DNA from: Patescibacteria group bacterium
GTDB taxonomy: Bacteria; Patescibacteriota; Patescibacteriia; UBA10025; JBIOWE01
Direction: 5' to 3'
NCBI GenBank assembly: GCA_044868145.1
Contig: JBIOWE010000006.1
Span: 78,558-142,557 of the forward strand
DNA length: 64,000 nt
Part shown: in pieces, positions 1 to 10,648 of the stretch
Position numbering within the stretch: position 1 is the stretch's first letter
How the letters are laid out: each line of letters starts with the position of its first letter
Notes under the pieces: model-generated
The model's database searches: none
What the model saw: only the letters and a program-made list of their open reading frames with translations
Told to the model about the DNA's origin: nothing
Made by a program: the position numbers and the translations under genes

Positions 1-441
1 ATCATAAACTTTTTGGTGCTGTTATTCATATTGTATAAACTTGCGTACAAGCCGATCCTGAAGATTCTGCAGGAACGCAAGAACACTATTGAGCAAGGGC
101 TCCATAACGCAAAAAAAGCCGAAGATCGGTTGCAAGAGGTTGACGCACTGGCAAAAGCGAAGTTAGTTGACGCCAGTAAGGAAGCGCAACGCTTGCTAGA
201 TAATACGCAGAGCGACGCGGAATTGCTTCGACAAGAAAAGTTGACTGAGACGCAGCGCGAAGCCCACATTATCTTGGAAAAAACGAAAAAGGAGATTGAG
301 CGCGAACAAAAACAAATGTTTGAAGAAGCAAAATCCTCGGTCGCCAGTCTCGTCGTCAGCGCGACCGAGAAAGTGCTCGTAAAAAAGATCGACAGCCAGG
401 AAGATCAGCGGATTATTGAAGATGTCGTGAAACATCTCTAA
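1..441 (+). CDS. atpF: F0F1 ATP synthase subunit b, 5'-truncated at window edge
   Basis: Open frame from nt 1 with no upstream stop; residues ILKILQERK...KAEDRLQE form the coiled-coil stalk typical of subunit b; immediately precedes delta/alpha/gamma/beta/epsilon. Confidence 0.8.
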   Translation: MINFLVLLFILYKLAYKPILKILQERKNTIEQGLHNAKKAEDRLQEVDALAKAKLVDASKEAQRLLDNTQSDAELLRQEKLTETQREAHIILEKTKKEIEREQKQMFEEAKSSVASLVVSATEKVLVKKIDSQEDQRIIEDVVKHL

Positions 442-449
442 GGAAACAT

Positions 450-848
450 ATGTCGAAGATTCCAAGTAAAAAATATGCAGCCAGCTTGCTCGAAGCGTTG
501 GCTGAAACCCCGGAAGCGAAGCAGGATGCGATTTTTAATCATTTCCTTAGCCTCATGGTGCAACAGAATGACATGGCAAAAGCACCGGCGATTGTTCGCG
601 ACCTTGAACAAATGTTGAAAGTAAAAGCCGGCGTTCTGGACGTCGAGCTCACAACCAGCCATCCGCTTGATGACCAGACGCGTCAGCATATCGTTGAAAA
701 AGTCCAGGAACGGCTTGGCAAAAAGATAGAGGTGTTCGAGCGCCGCGATCCAAGCCTGTTGGGCGGCGTCGTGATAAAATACGGCGACACTGTCTTGGAC
801 GGTAGTATCAAGCGAAAACTTGCAGCCTTACGCGAACAATTGATTTGA
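450..848 (+). CDS. atpH: F0F1 ATP synthase subunit delta (OSCP), short form
   Basis: 132 aa; position between b and alpha; C-terminal LDGSIK.KL..L motif typical of delta; RBS AAGGAAACAT upstream. Confidence 0.85.
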   Translation: MSKIPSKKYAASLLEALAETPEAKQDAIFNHFLSLMVQQNDMAKAPAIVRDLEQMLKVKAGVLDVELTTSHPLDDQTRQHIVEKVQERLGKKIEVFERRDPSLLGGVVIKYGDTVLDGSIKRKLAALREQLI

Positions 849-852
849 ACAT

Positions 853-2358
853 ATGGCAAATAAAGATTACATTATCGAACGACTCAAGGAAAAAATCATC
901 CACTTCAAAGCAGAGATGAAAAAAGAGAACGTGGGCACGGTCGTGGAAGTCGGGGACGGCATCGCGCGCGTTTCCGGTTTGTCCGAATGCCTTGCCTCGG
1001 AAATGCTGGCGTTTCCGCACAACACGTTTGGCGTCGCGTTAAACCTGGAAGAAGATTTTGTCGGCGCGGTCATTTTGGGCGATTATACGCGTATCAAGGA
1101 GGGTGATGAGGTGAAAACAACCGGACGCATTCTCGAAGTGCCGGTTGGCGACAGTCTTATCGGACGCGTGGTTGACCCGCTCGGCAGGCCGCTCGACGGC
1201 AAAGGGGAGATCAAAACAAAAACGTTTTATCCAGTTGAAAAGATTGCGCCACGCGTTATTACGCGTGAATCCGTGCGTACGCCCGTGCAAACGGGGATTA
1301 AGGCAATCGACTCGATGATTCCAATCGGTCGCGGCCAGCGTGAGCTCATTATCGGCGACCGTCAGACCGGTAAAACTTCACTTGCTATCGACGCGATCAT
1401 CAACCAAAAAGGCCAGAACATGATTTGTGTGTACGTCGCCATCGGCCAGAAGGAGTCCAAGATTGCGAAAATCGTTGCCAAGCTTGAGGAACGAGGGGCG
1501 ATGGACCACACGATTGTCGTTCTCGCCGGCGCGTCCGAGCCCGCCTCACTTTCGTTTATTGCGCCGTACGCCGGATGTGCAATGGCGGAATATTTCATGG
1601 ACCAGGGCAAAGATTGCCTTGTTATCTACGACGACCTCACGCGCCATGCCTGGGCGTATCGGCAAATTTCATTATTGCTCCGTCGGCCGCCGGGCCGCGA
1701 GGCGTATCCAGGCGACATTTTCTACTTGCATTCTCGTTTGCTTGAACGCGCCGCGAAGTTGAATAAAGAACACGGCGCAGGCTCTTTAACCGCGCTCCCT
1801 ATTATCGAAACGCAAGCAGGCGACATTTCCGCGTACATTCCGACCAACGTCATTTCGATTACGGACGGACAAATTTACCTTGAATCAGACCTTTTTTACC
1901 AGGGCATTCGGCCGGCCTTGAACGTCGGGCTTTCCGTTTCCCGCGTCGGCTCCACAGCTCAAATACCGGCGATGAAACGCGTGGCCGGCAAACTGCGGCT
2001 TGAACTGGCGCAATTCCGCGAGCTCGCGGCGTTCGCGCAATTCGGTTCGGAACTCGATGACGCCACGCGTAAGCAAATTGAACGCGGACGTAGGCTACAG
2101 GAAATTCTCAAGCAAAAGCAGTTTGTTCCCATGGCCGTGGAACACCAAGTAGCCATTCTCTATGCCGCGATCAATGGCTATGTTGACGACGTGCCTGTTG
2201 AACGTGTGCAAGAATTTGAACAGAAGTTCCACGATTACTTAAAGCGCAACAAGAAAGCACTTGAGCTCATTAGCAAAGAGCGCGACATCACGCCGAATGT
2301 CGAAACGGCGCTCAAAGCGGCAATCAAGGAATTTAAAACAGTTACGCCTCTCACTTAA
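853..2358 (+). CDS. atpA: F0F1 ATP synthase subunit alpha
   Basis: 501 aa; Walker [14 protein letters not shown]; strongly conserved alpha-subunit sequence throughout. Confidence 0.97.
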   Translation: MANKDYIIERLKEKIIHFKAEMKKENVGTVVEVGDGIARVSGLSECLASEMLAFPHNTFGVALNLEEDFVGAVILGDYTRIKEGDEVKTTGRILEVPVGDSLIGRVVDPLGRPLDGKGEIKTKTFYPVEKIAPRVITRESVRTPVQTGIKAIDSMIPIGRGQRELIIGDRQTGKTSLAIDAIINQKGQNMICVYVAIGQKESKIAKIVAKLEERGAMDHTIVVLAGASEPASLSFIAPYAGCAMAEYFMDQGKDCLVIYDDLTRHAWAYRQISLLLRRPPGREAYPGDIFYLHSRLLERAAKLNKEHGAGSLTALPIIETQAGDISAYIPTNVISITDGQIYLESDLFYQGIRPALNVGLSVSRVGSTAQIPAMKRVAGKLRLELAQFRELAAFAQFGSELDDATRKQIERGRRLQEILKQKQFVPMAVEHQVAILYAAINGYVDDVPVERVQEFEQKFHDYLKRNKKALELISKERDITPNVETALKAAIKEFKTVTPLT

Positions 2359-2361
2359 CAT

Positions 2362-3264
2362 ATGCCAGTTGCTACACGCGATATTAAACGACGTATTCGT
2401 TCCATCGGTAATACCCGCAAGATTACCAAGGCGATGGAACTGGTTGCCGCCGCGAAAATGCGGAAAGCCGTGCAAGCGGTTTTGGCAACGCGGGCCTATG
2501 CCCATGCGGCATGGGAAATAGTAACAGACCTCGCGCATCGTTCGCAGGAAGAATTGCATCCGCTCTTGCAGAAATCAAAAAAGACCCGCTCGCTCGCCAT
2601 TATTTTGATTACTTCGAACAGGGGTTTATGTGGCGGGTTTAATCGAGAAATTATTGAAGAAACCGGCACGTATATTCATGAACAAAAGAATGGTGGCGTT
2701 CAAACAGTTGATGTGATTTTATTGGGCAAGAAAGGAACGGATATAGTGTCGCGCCATGGCCAGCGGGTGACTGCTGCGTATCCGAAAGAGGACGTGGCTC
2801 GGGGAGTCTCCGATATCGCATCTATCAGCCGTTTCGTTGTCAACGATTTCTTATCAAAAAAGTATGACCGCGTGGTGGTGAGCTACACTGATTACGTTTC
2901 CGCGGTTTCGCAAGAGCCGTATATCAGGACGATTCTGCCCATCGAACGAGAAAGCCAAAAGCTCGGCGTGATCGGTAAAACAGCCAACGTTCCAACTCAT
3001 GCTTTTGGCGAGTATCTGTTTGAGCCGTCAGCCGATATTGTGCTGGATAATATGCTCTTCCGATTGATTGAGCTACAATTGTATCAAGCGCTGCTTGAGT
3101 CGAACGCCTCGGAGCATTCGGCCCGCATGTTCGCAATGCGTAACGCGTCTGATGCTGCCTCGGACATGATTGATGATCTGACGCTTACCTATAACCAAGC
3201 GCGTCAGTGGTCAATTACGGCGGAACTTGCGGATATCATTGGCGGACGCGCAGCGGTTGAGTAA
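2362..3264 (+). CDS. atpG: F0F1 ATP synthase subunit gamma
   Basis: 300 aa; N-terminal IKRRIRSIGNTRKITKAMELVAAAKMRKA and C-terminal ITAELADIIGG are gamma hallmarks. Confidence 0.95.
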   Translation: MPVATRDIKRRIRSIGNTRKITKAMELVAAAKMRKAVQAVLATRAYAHAAWEIVTDLAHRSQEELHPLLQKSKKTRSLAIILITSNRGLCGGFNREIIEETGTYIHEQKNGGVQTVDVILLGKKGTDIVSRHGQRVTAAYPKEDVARGVSDIASISRFVVNDFLSKKYDRVVVSYTDYVSAVSQEPYIRTILPIERESQKLGVIGKTANVPTHAFGEYLFEPSADIVLDNMLFRLIELQLYQALLESNASEHSARMFAMRNASDAASDMIDDLTLTYNQARQWSITAELADIIGGRAAVE

Positions 3265-3276
3265 AGAAAAAATTAA

Positions 3277-4707
<1,431 letters not shown>

Positions 4708-4748
4708 TCCCAGCGCACCTCTCCGCGGGTGCGATTGGACCATGCGAT

Positions 4749-5189
4749 ATGGCAAAAACATTCCATTTCGAAATAACGACACCCGAGAAAACCGTTCTCA
4801 AAGATGAGATTGACGAACTCATTGTGCCAACGCCAAACGGCGAGATTGGCATTTTGCCCAATCATGTGCCGCTTGTCTCGCTCGTTTCGCCCGGTGAAAT
4901 TCGTATTAAAAAGGGAAGTGACGTGACCCATATGGCGACGTCCGGCGGTTTCGTGCAAGTGCAACGCGACAAAGTAATTCTCCTTGCGGACACCGCTGAA
5001 CACGCGGAAGAAATTGACGTGGCAGCCGCGGAAGAGGCGCATAAACGAGCTGAAGCGATGATGAAGGAGAAGAAGTTAGATGCGCGAGAATTCGCTGCAC
5101 TGTCTGCTCGAATCGAAAAAGAGTTGGCACGCCTCAAAGTGGCGCGCAGGCGCCGAGAGCCAAAAATAAGACCAGGATCGCTTAAATAA
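4749..5189 (+). CDS. atpC: F0F1 ATP synthase subunit epsilon
   Basis: 146 aa; N-terminal beta-sandwich sequence (F.ITTPEK...E.D.LIVPT..GEIGILPNH.PL) plus helical C-terminus. Confidence 0.9.
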   Translation: MAKTFHFEITTPEKTVLKDEIDELIVPTPNGEIGILPNHVPLVSLVSPGEIRIKKGSDVTHMATSGGFVQVQRDKVILLADTAEHAEEIDVAAAEEAHKRAEAMMKEKKLDAREFAALSARIEKELARLKVARRRREPKIRPGSLK

Positions 5190-5219
5190 CAGCGCATCAC
5201 CCCTGAGTATATCGAGGGG

Positions 5220-5247
5220 TTGACAAATTCTTATTTTAGAATATACT
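5220..5247 (+). promoter_or_regulatory. sigma70-like promoter (TTGACA-16-TATACT) upstream of the 5300 gene
   Basis: -35 TTGACA at 5220-5225, 16-nt spacer, -10 TATACT at 5242-5247; AAAGGAGG RBS follows at about 5288. Confidence 0.5.
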
Positions 5248-5299
5248 AATGAGTCAGTAAAAAATAAAACCGGCACTCTAACAAACAAAAGGAGGATTG

Positions 5300-5860
5300 A
5301 TGGGAGATGCAACCGGAGGTGAAGCATATCGTCCGACCGAACTAGAAAGAATCCAAGACTGGATTGACGGAGGCCTTCTCCGTAATGTCGACCAAGGAAT
5401 TTTGAACGGCCGTTGTAAAGAAGGGTCCATTGTCCTTCTTTGCGGCGATGGTGACAAATCATTCGATAAGATTTTCAAACATCTTATCGAGAAGCTCGGT
5501 TTGTCCAAGCGGGTCCATCTGGAGGCAGTGAACGGCGGCGCATTTCGACTTATCGAAGACGCGCCAATACCCAACAATCAACGGATCCACCAGCAGCTTC
5601 TCGCAGAGCTGCATCAGAGTCGAGAGCTGAAGCAGATCTCCAACCTTCTTTTGTACGCGCACTATCCGTGTGGAATGGCAATAGCCTCTGGCATCGACTT
5701 GTCGCAAACAATTGAGTACACGCTCCAAGCCTCCCAATTATTGGTACGGACAGGATGGGATGCGAAGAGTATTGTGCCGTTATTTCATGTAGATCACGGA
5801 ACAAAACTCCGGACCTACTATATCGAAAAGACGATGCGTCATCTTCTGAATGCCGCATAA
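5300..5860 (+). CDS. beta-carbonic-anhydrase-like protein (divergent paralog; CxDxR replaced by CGDGD, HxxCG retained)
   Basis: ATG at 5300 after RBS AAAGGAGG; aligns along its length with the downstream 142-aa paralog; motifs LLCGDGD and HYPCG about 76 aa apart, matching beta-CA Zn-ligand spacing. Confidence 0.4.
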   Translation: MGDATGGEAYRPTELERIQDWIDGGLLRNVDQGILNGRCKEGSIVLLCGDGDKSFDKIFKHLIEKLGLSKRVHLEAVNGGAFRLIEDAPIPNNQRIHQQLLAELHQSRELKQISNLLLYAHYPCGMAIASGIDLSQTIEYTLQASQLLVRTGWDAKSIVPLFHVDHGTKLRTYYIEKTMRHLLNAA

Positions 5861-5865
5861 CGTTT

Positions 5866-5905
5866 CCGGGCAGTTGCATATTTGTGACTGCCCGTTTATT
5901 ATTAC
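5866..5905 (+). terminator. rho-independent terminator-like hairpin between the two beta-CA-like genes
   Basis: 8-bp stem CGGGCAGT/ACTGCCCG followed by TTTATTATT. Confidence 0.5.
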
Positions 5906-5917
5906 TAATGGACATCT

Positions 5918-6346
5918 ATGCATACGTGTAAAGCACTTGTTATCCATTGTATGGACTTTCGGTTCATCGAGAGTCTCCGGCAGTGGCTGAACAGCGTTGG
6001 GCTGAAGAATGATTACGATCTCGTATCCGTTGCCGGCGCTGCGAAAAATATCGTAAGCCCGAGTCAATCGTCTGACCGCGATTTTCTTTTGAGACAAATT
6101 GAGACAAGTAAGCGATTGCACCACATTTCAGAGGTATACTTGATCAATCATCTCGATTGCGGAGCGTACGGAGGCGCAAAAGCGTTTTCGGACCAAAACG
6201 CAGAGCGTAACCAACACGTGAGCGACCTGAAAGCCGCGAAAGAGATTCTCCAAAAACAATTTTCTGACCTTGCGGTAAAACTCGTGGTCGCGAAGCTGGC
6301 AAAAGACACAGGGGAATTTGAAGTGCAGTTCGAGATGATTGTATAA
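5918..6346 (+). CDS. beta-class carbonic-anhydrase-like protein (short, 142 aa)
   Basis: CMDFR (CxDxR) at residues 11-15 and HLDCG (HxxCG) at 78-82 with canonical spacing for beta-CA zinc ligands. Confidence 0.5.
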   Translation: MHTCKALVIHCMDFRFIESLRQWLNSVGLKNDYDLVSVAGAAKNIVSPSQSSDRDFLLRQIETSKRLHHISEVYLINHLDCGAYGGAKAFSDQNAERNQHVSDLKAAKEILQKQFSDLAVKLVVAKLAKDTGEFEVQFEMIV

Positions 6347-6488
6347 TTTCACCATATTTTTGCACAACGTAAACCCAGCGCAGGCCGCTGTGCCTGCGAT
6401 GGGTTATGGCTTTCGTCTCCGCACCCACAGCGGGGTGCTCTGGTTTTTGCAGCCTTGTTTCAAAAATATATTATTGCTATAATGTAAG

Positions 6489-6510
6489 CATGAAACATTT
6501 GTTTCATGCT
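6489..6510. repeat. perfect 10-bp-arm palindrome GCATGAAACA..TGTTTCATGC
   Basis: Read directly from sequence; sits in a 290-bp intergenic region. Confidence 0.6.
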
Positions 6511-6533
6511 GTGGAAAACTTTGAATAACTGAA

Positions 6534-6557
6534 GGGGCGAATTTTCGCCTCTTTTTT
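6534..6557 (+). terminator. rho-independent terminator (GGCGA-loop-TCGCC plus T7)
   Basis: GC stem followed by CTCTTTTTTG. Confidence 0.5.
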
Positions 6558-6640
6558 GTTTATTGCTCGCAGAGATTGGAGGTGAGACCTACGTAATGCG
6601 CGCACATAAAGCTCATTAACATTTCATAAAGGAGGGATCA

Positions 6641-7072
6641 ATGCTGCAGGTGGCTGAAAAGAACGTTATTGACTTTAAGAAACTCGTGAGTGAGCCCTTG
6701 GGTAATGGATACCCACGTTTCTCCGTCAACGGTGTAGCCTATGCGTCTGAAGGAGAGAAAATGATTGCGCTTATGCTGCACGGGAATAACATTAAGTTTC
6801 GTCCAAACCCGTCGTTTAAGTTATCAGACGGTCACACATATATTCCAGACTTTGTTTTAAAATTTCCTTTCACGTGGCTGGGCCAAGACGATGATCGTTA
6901 TAAGACGTTCCGCGTTCTCGAAGCAAAAAACGGAATCATCCACCCTACAGATCTCATAAAAGCAAAACTTCTTGAGGAGGAATGGGGGTTGCCTGTCAAG
7001 TTGCTGCTGTATCGTGAGATTAAAAACCATCACAAACAAGGAGCTTTGCCTCTTGAGCTCATTTTCGACTGA
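6641..7072 (+). CDS. VRR-NUC / PD-(D/E)xK-fold nuclease domain protein
   Basis: 143 aa; motif ...YIPDFVL...(21 aa)...VLEAKNG = D ... ExK catalytic signature; RBS AAAGGAGGGATCA upstream. Confidence 0.5.
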   Translation: MLQVAEKNVIDFKKLVSEPLGNGYPRFSVNGVAYASEGEKMIALMLHGNNIKFRPNPSFKLSDGHTYIPDFVLKFPFTWLGQDDDRYKTFRVLEAKNGIIHPTDLIKAKLLEEEWGLPVKLLLYREIKNHHKQGALPLELIFD

Positions 7073-7138
7073 AAAATGCGACTCGCCCAAGATATTGGGC
7101 GAGTTTTGCTTTTTACTTTCGTGTGTTAAAATACATCC

Positions 7139-10100
7139 ATGAATATTTCCGAGAACCTGAATGACGCGCAAAAAAAGGCGGTCACGTTTGGCGAAGGACC
7201 GCTTTTGATTGTGGCCGGCGCCGGAACTGGAAAAACGACCGTGATCACCCAGCGTATCGCATGGCTCATCCTCGAAAAAAAACTGAAAACAGATTCCATC
7301 CTCGCGTTGACGTTCACGGATAAAGCCGCGGGCGAGATGGAGGAGCGCATTGACGTCGCGTTGCCGTACGGCTACGTTGATCTTTGGGTGTCGACGTTTC
7401 ACGCGTTTTGCGAGCGTATCTTAAAAGACAATGCATTGGAGATTGGCTTGCCGCCGGATTTCAAGCTCTTGAATCAAGTTGACCAAGCGCTACTCGTTCG
7501 GGAACAGTTTGACCGGTTCAACCTTGATTATTATCGGCCGCTCGGGAATCCGACAAAATTTATTCAAGCGCTCGTTAAACATTTCTCACGCGCAAAAGAT
7601 GAAAATATTTTACCGCAAGATTACCTTGAGTATGCAAAGAACGTGAAACTCGATCGCGACCAAGCGGAGTTTTTGAAGAAGAAGGAGGGCGAGCGCATCT
7701 CTGAAAAAGAACGCATACAAGAGGTCGCGGACGCGTATCACGTCTATCAGCAGCTTTTGTTGGAAAAAAGCAGCCTCGATTTCGGCGACCTGATTCTGTA
7801 TGCGATTAAATTGCTGAAGGAACGGCCAAACGTGCTGAAGCGATACCAGGAGCAATTCGCGTATATTCTCGTGGACGAGTTTCAAGACACCAATCATGCG
7901 CAATACGAGCTCATCAAGCTCCTGGCCGCGCCGAAGAATAACGTAACTGTGGTCGGTGATGACGACCAGTCAATCTACAAATTCCGCGGAGCCGCCATAT
8001 CGAACATTTTGGAGTTTAAAAAGGACTTTCCGAATTCGCAGGAGATCGTACTCACAGAAAATTATCGTTCGAAACAAAACATCCTTGATTTGGCGTACAA
8101 GTTCATTCAACTGAATAACCCAAACCGCCTTGAGTATCAATTGTCGCACGGGCACATTGATCCGAAGGGCCGCCCGCTGCAAACAAAAATTTCCAAACAG
8201 CTCCATTCCACAACGGGCGATGCGGGGTTGATCGAGCATATGCATTTTCGAGGCCACACGGAAGAGGCGTCGGGCGTAGTGAAGAAAATTCTCGATTTGA
8301 AGCGCGACGACCCCAAGCTCACGTGGTCCGATTTTTCGATTCTTGTTCGTGCGAACAGCTACGCGAGCGACTTTCTGGCGGTCTTGCGACGATACGACGT
8401 GCCGTATCACTTTCTCGCATCCTCAGGGCTCTACAGCCAGCCTGAGGTTATGGACATTATCGCTTATTTGAAGATGCTTGATAATTATCACGAGAGCGCA
8501 AGCTTATGGCGCGTATTGAATTTTCCTCATTGGCAATTACCGCATAAAGATCTTATTGAGTTTTCCCGATATGCGTCAAGGCGAAATGTTTCGCTGTATG
8601 ACGCGATGAAGATTGGAAGATCGTTGCAATCGGTTTCGCAGGAGACCTTGAAAAAAATTGACGACGTGCTTGGCATGATTGAAAAACATACGGCGTTCGC
8701 GAAGCAGAAAACCGTGGGGCAAGTCGGTTTGCAGTTCATGCAGGATTCTGGATATCTCCAACATTTAACTGAAAATCAGAACCAAGAGAATCTTGACAAA
8801 ATCATGCACCTCAACCAATTTTTTCGAAAAATCGAGCAGTTCGAGTCGAACCATGACGATAAGTCGGTGCACTCGTTCTTGAAGGAGTTCGAGATGATGC
8901 AGGAAGCCGGTGAGGAGGGCGCTTTATTGCCACCGTTTGAAGAGGGCCCAGACGCGGTGAAACTGATGACGCTGCATAGCGCAAAGGGGCTCGAATTTTC
9001 CTACGTGTTCCTCGTCAACTTAGTTGATAAACGATTCCCATCCGTGGAGCGCAAAGAGCCGATTGAGCTTCCGGAAGCGCTGATTAAGGAGATTATCCCC
9101 GAAGGCGATGTGCACCTGCAGGAAGAGCGGCGGTTATTTTACGTCGGCATGACACGAGCAAAACAGGCGCTTTTCTTCACATCCGCTGATGATTACGGAG
9201 GAACGCGCAAGAAGCGGCCGTCGCGTTTTCTTGTTGAATTAGGATTCCAGCGCAAGGAGGGAACAGAAGAGGTTGACTTCAGCGAGCGACTAAGGCAGCC
9301 AGAACAAATGAGCCGTCAGGAAGTGAGCTATGTGGAATTTTTGCGAAAATCAATTCCGGAAAAAGCGAGCTTCACGCAAATACGCGCATTTGAAACGTGC
9401 CCGAAGCAATATAAGTATGCGCATATTTTTAAGATTCCTGTGGAAGGACGGTTCACCTTCAGTTTTGGAAAGTCCGTTCACAATACGTTATTTCGGTTTT
9501 TTAAGCTCGTGAAAGAACGGGCCACGAATAATCAAGCCAGCCTTTTTTCGACTTCCAAAGCGCCAAAATCAACGCAGCCGATTGTAACCCTCGAGGAGCT
9601 GCTCGTCATCTATGAGAATGCGTGGATTCCCGATTGGTACGAATCAAGCAAGCATCAGGAGGAATATCAGCGAAAAGGCAAACAGCAGTTGCAGCAGTGG
9701 TACCTTGCGATGCAAGGAAAGTTTCCGGTGCCTGTTCATCTTGAAAAATCGTTCAACGTGAAAATAGGCGAGCGTCTTTTGAAAGGGGTGATTGATCGTA
9801 TTGATCCAGTGGGGGAGAACGGGGAGGTCGAGATTATTGACTACAAAACGGGCGCGGTTCCAAAAGGAGGCAAGCTTGAAGAAGACGACAAGCGACAACT
9901 GTTCATCTATGACTTGGCCGTCCGCGACGTACTTGGCTTGAAGCCCAAGAACCTCACCTACCACTACCTTGAAGGCAACCAGCTCTTATCATTTGCAAGC
10001 GATCCTGCTACACTAGAGGAGACGCGAGAATACCTAACGCAGACCGTTGAAGCCATTCACGGGAGCACGTTCGCCGCTACTCCTGGGTATTGGTGCAAGA

Positions 10101-10144
10101 CATGCGATTTCTATCAAATTTGTGAAGACCGATGGAAAGGATAA
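7139..10144 (+). CDS. UvrD/PcrA-family SF1 DNA helicase fused to C-terminal AddB/Cas4-like PD-(D/E)xK Fe-S nuclease domain
   Basis: Helicase motifs GAGTGKTTV (I), VDEFQDTN (II), ENYRS, YVGMTRAK (VI); C-terminus has CPKQYKY ... IDRID ... EIIDYKTG ... CKTCDFYQIC (Cys cluster plus nuclease motifs). Confidence 0.85.
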   Translation: MNISENLNDAQKKAVTFGEGPLLIVAGAGTGKTTVITQRIAWLILEKKLKTDSILALTFTDKAAGEMEERIDVALPYGYVDLWVSTFHAFCERILKDNALEIGLPPDFKLLNQVDQALLVREQFDRFNLDYYRPLGNPTKFIQALVKHFSRAKDENILPQDYLEYAKNVKLDRDQAEFLKKKEGERISEKERIQEVADAYHVYQQLLLEKSSLDFGDLILYAIKLLKERPNVLKRYQEQFAYILVDEFQDTNHAQYELIKLLAAPKNNVTVVGDDDQSIYKFRGAAISNILEFKKDFPNSQEIVLTENYRSKQNILDLAYKFIQLNNPNRLEYQLSHGHIDPKGRPLQTKISKQLHSTTGDAGLIEHMHFRGHTEEASGVVKKILDLKRDDPKLTWSDFSILVRANSYASDFLAVLRRYDVPYHFLASSGLYSQPEVMDIIAYLKMLDNYHESASLWRVLNFPHWQLPHKDLIEFSRYASRRNVSLYDAMKIGRSLQSVSQETLKKIDDVLGMIEKHTAFAKQKTVGQVGLQFMQDSGYLQHLTENQNQENLDKIMHLNQFFRKIEQFESNHDDKSVHSFLKEFEMMQEAGEEGALLPPFEEGPDAVKLMTLHSAKGLEFSYVFLVNLVDKRFPSVERKEPIELPEALIKEIIPEGDVHLQEERRLFYVGMTRAKQALFFTSADDYGGTRKKRPSRFLVELGFQRKEGTEEVDFSERLRQPEQMSRQEVSYVEFLRKSIPEKASFTQIRAFETCPKQYKYAHIFKIPVEGRFTFSFGKSVHNTLFRFFKLVKERATNNQASLFSTSKAPKSTQPIVTLEELLVIYENAWIPDWYESSKHQEEYQRKGKQQLQQWYLAMQGKFPVPVHLEKSFNVKIGERLLKGVIDRIDPVGENGEVEIIDYKTGAVPKGGKLEEDDKRQLFIYDLAVRDVLGLKPKNLTYHYLEGNQLLSFASDPATLEETREYLTQTVEAIHGSTFAATPGYWCKTCDFYQICEDRWKG

Positions 10145-10151
10145 GAGTAAG

Positions 10152-10205
10152 AATGACTAATGTCTAATTAATTTAATTCCTAATCAATGTCTAATGTCCT
10201 AATGA
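10152..10205. repeat. cluster of CTAAT(G) direct repeats (5 copies in about 50 bp)
   Basis: aatgaCTAATGtCTAATtaatttaattcCTAATcaatgtCTAATGtcCTAATGac, upstream of the DUF721 gene. Confidence 0.5.
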
Positions 10206-10249
10206 CCAAACTTCTCATTTCGTTCGTGGGGAATTAGAAATTTAGTGTT

Positions 10250-10543
10250 ATGGCAACGCCGATCAAAGACATCTTGGACGATAACCTTGCGAAAGCGGGC
10301 ATTAAACAAAACGTGGAAGCCGCGATGATTTGCGACGCATTTCCTGATGTCGCCATTCAAGTGATTGGCGAGGGCGTGCGTAACAAAGTCAAGGCGCTTT
10401 ACGTGAAGAATAACACGCTCACCGTCGCGGTTATGAGCTCTGTCATTGGCCAAGAGCTCAAATTGCACGAACAAGAGATTCTTCAAAAGTTGAACCAAAA
10501 AGCTGGTAGAAAACTTGTTCAGAGTATTCGATTTTTTGTGTGA
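10250..10543 (+). CDS. DUF721-family small protein
   Basis: 97 aa; LYVKNNTLTVAVMSSVIGQELKLHEQEILQKLN resembles the DUF721 core (L.V....L.V.v.s...aqEL......ll.kln). Confidence 0.5.
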   Translation: MATPIKDILDDNLAKAGIKQNVEAAMICDAFPDVAIQVIGEGVRNKVKALYVKNNTLTVAVMSSVIGQELKLHEQEILQKLNQKAGRKLVQSIRFFV

Positions 10544-10586
10544 TTTTTTCGCTGTAGTTAGGGGAAAAATATACATTTATCAAAAC

Positions 10587-10615
10587 TTGTTTTAGGGCGC
10601 CTTCTGTGGTACAAT
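10587..10615 (+). promoter_or_regulatory. promoter with extended -10 (TTGTTT-17-TGgTACAAT) for the membrane-protein/pheST operon
   Basis: Read from sequence; followed by a short GTAGG/CCTAC hairpin plus T6 at 10623-10645 that overlaps the first possible start. Confidence 0.45.
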
Positions 10616-10648
10616 AAAGTAGGTTTGAAGGCCTACTTTTTTGATATT

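Noticed and set aside
5194-5219. Hairpin ACCCCT..AGGGGT after atpC as a terminator
   Set aside because: Stem with a 10-nt loop and no downstream T-run. It is more likely part of the promoter region for the next gene.
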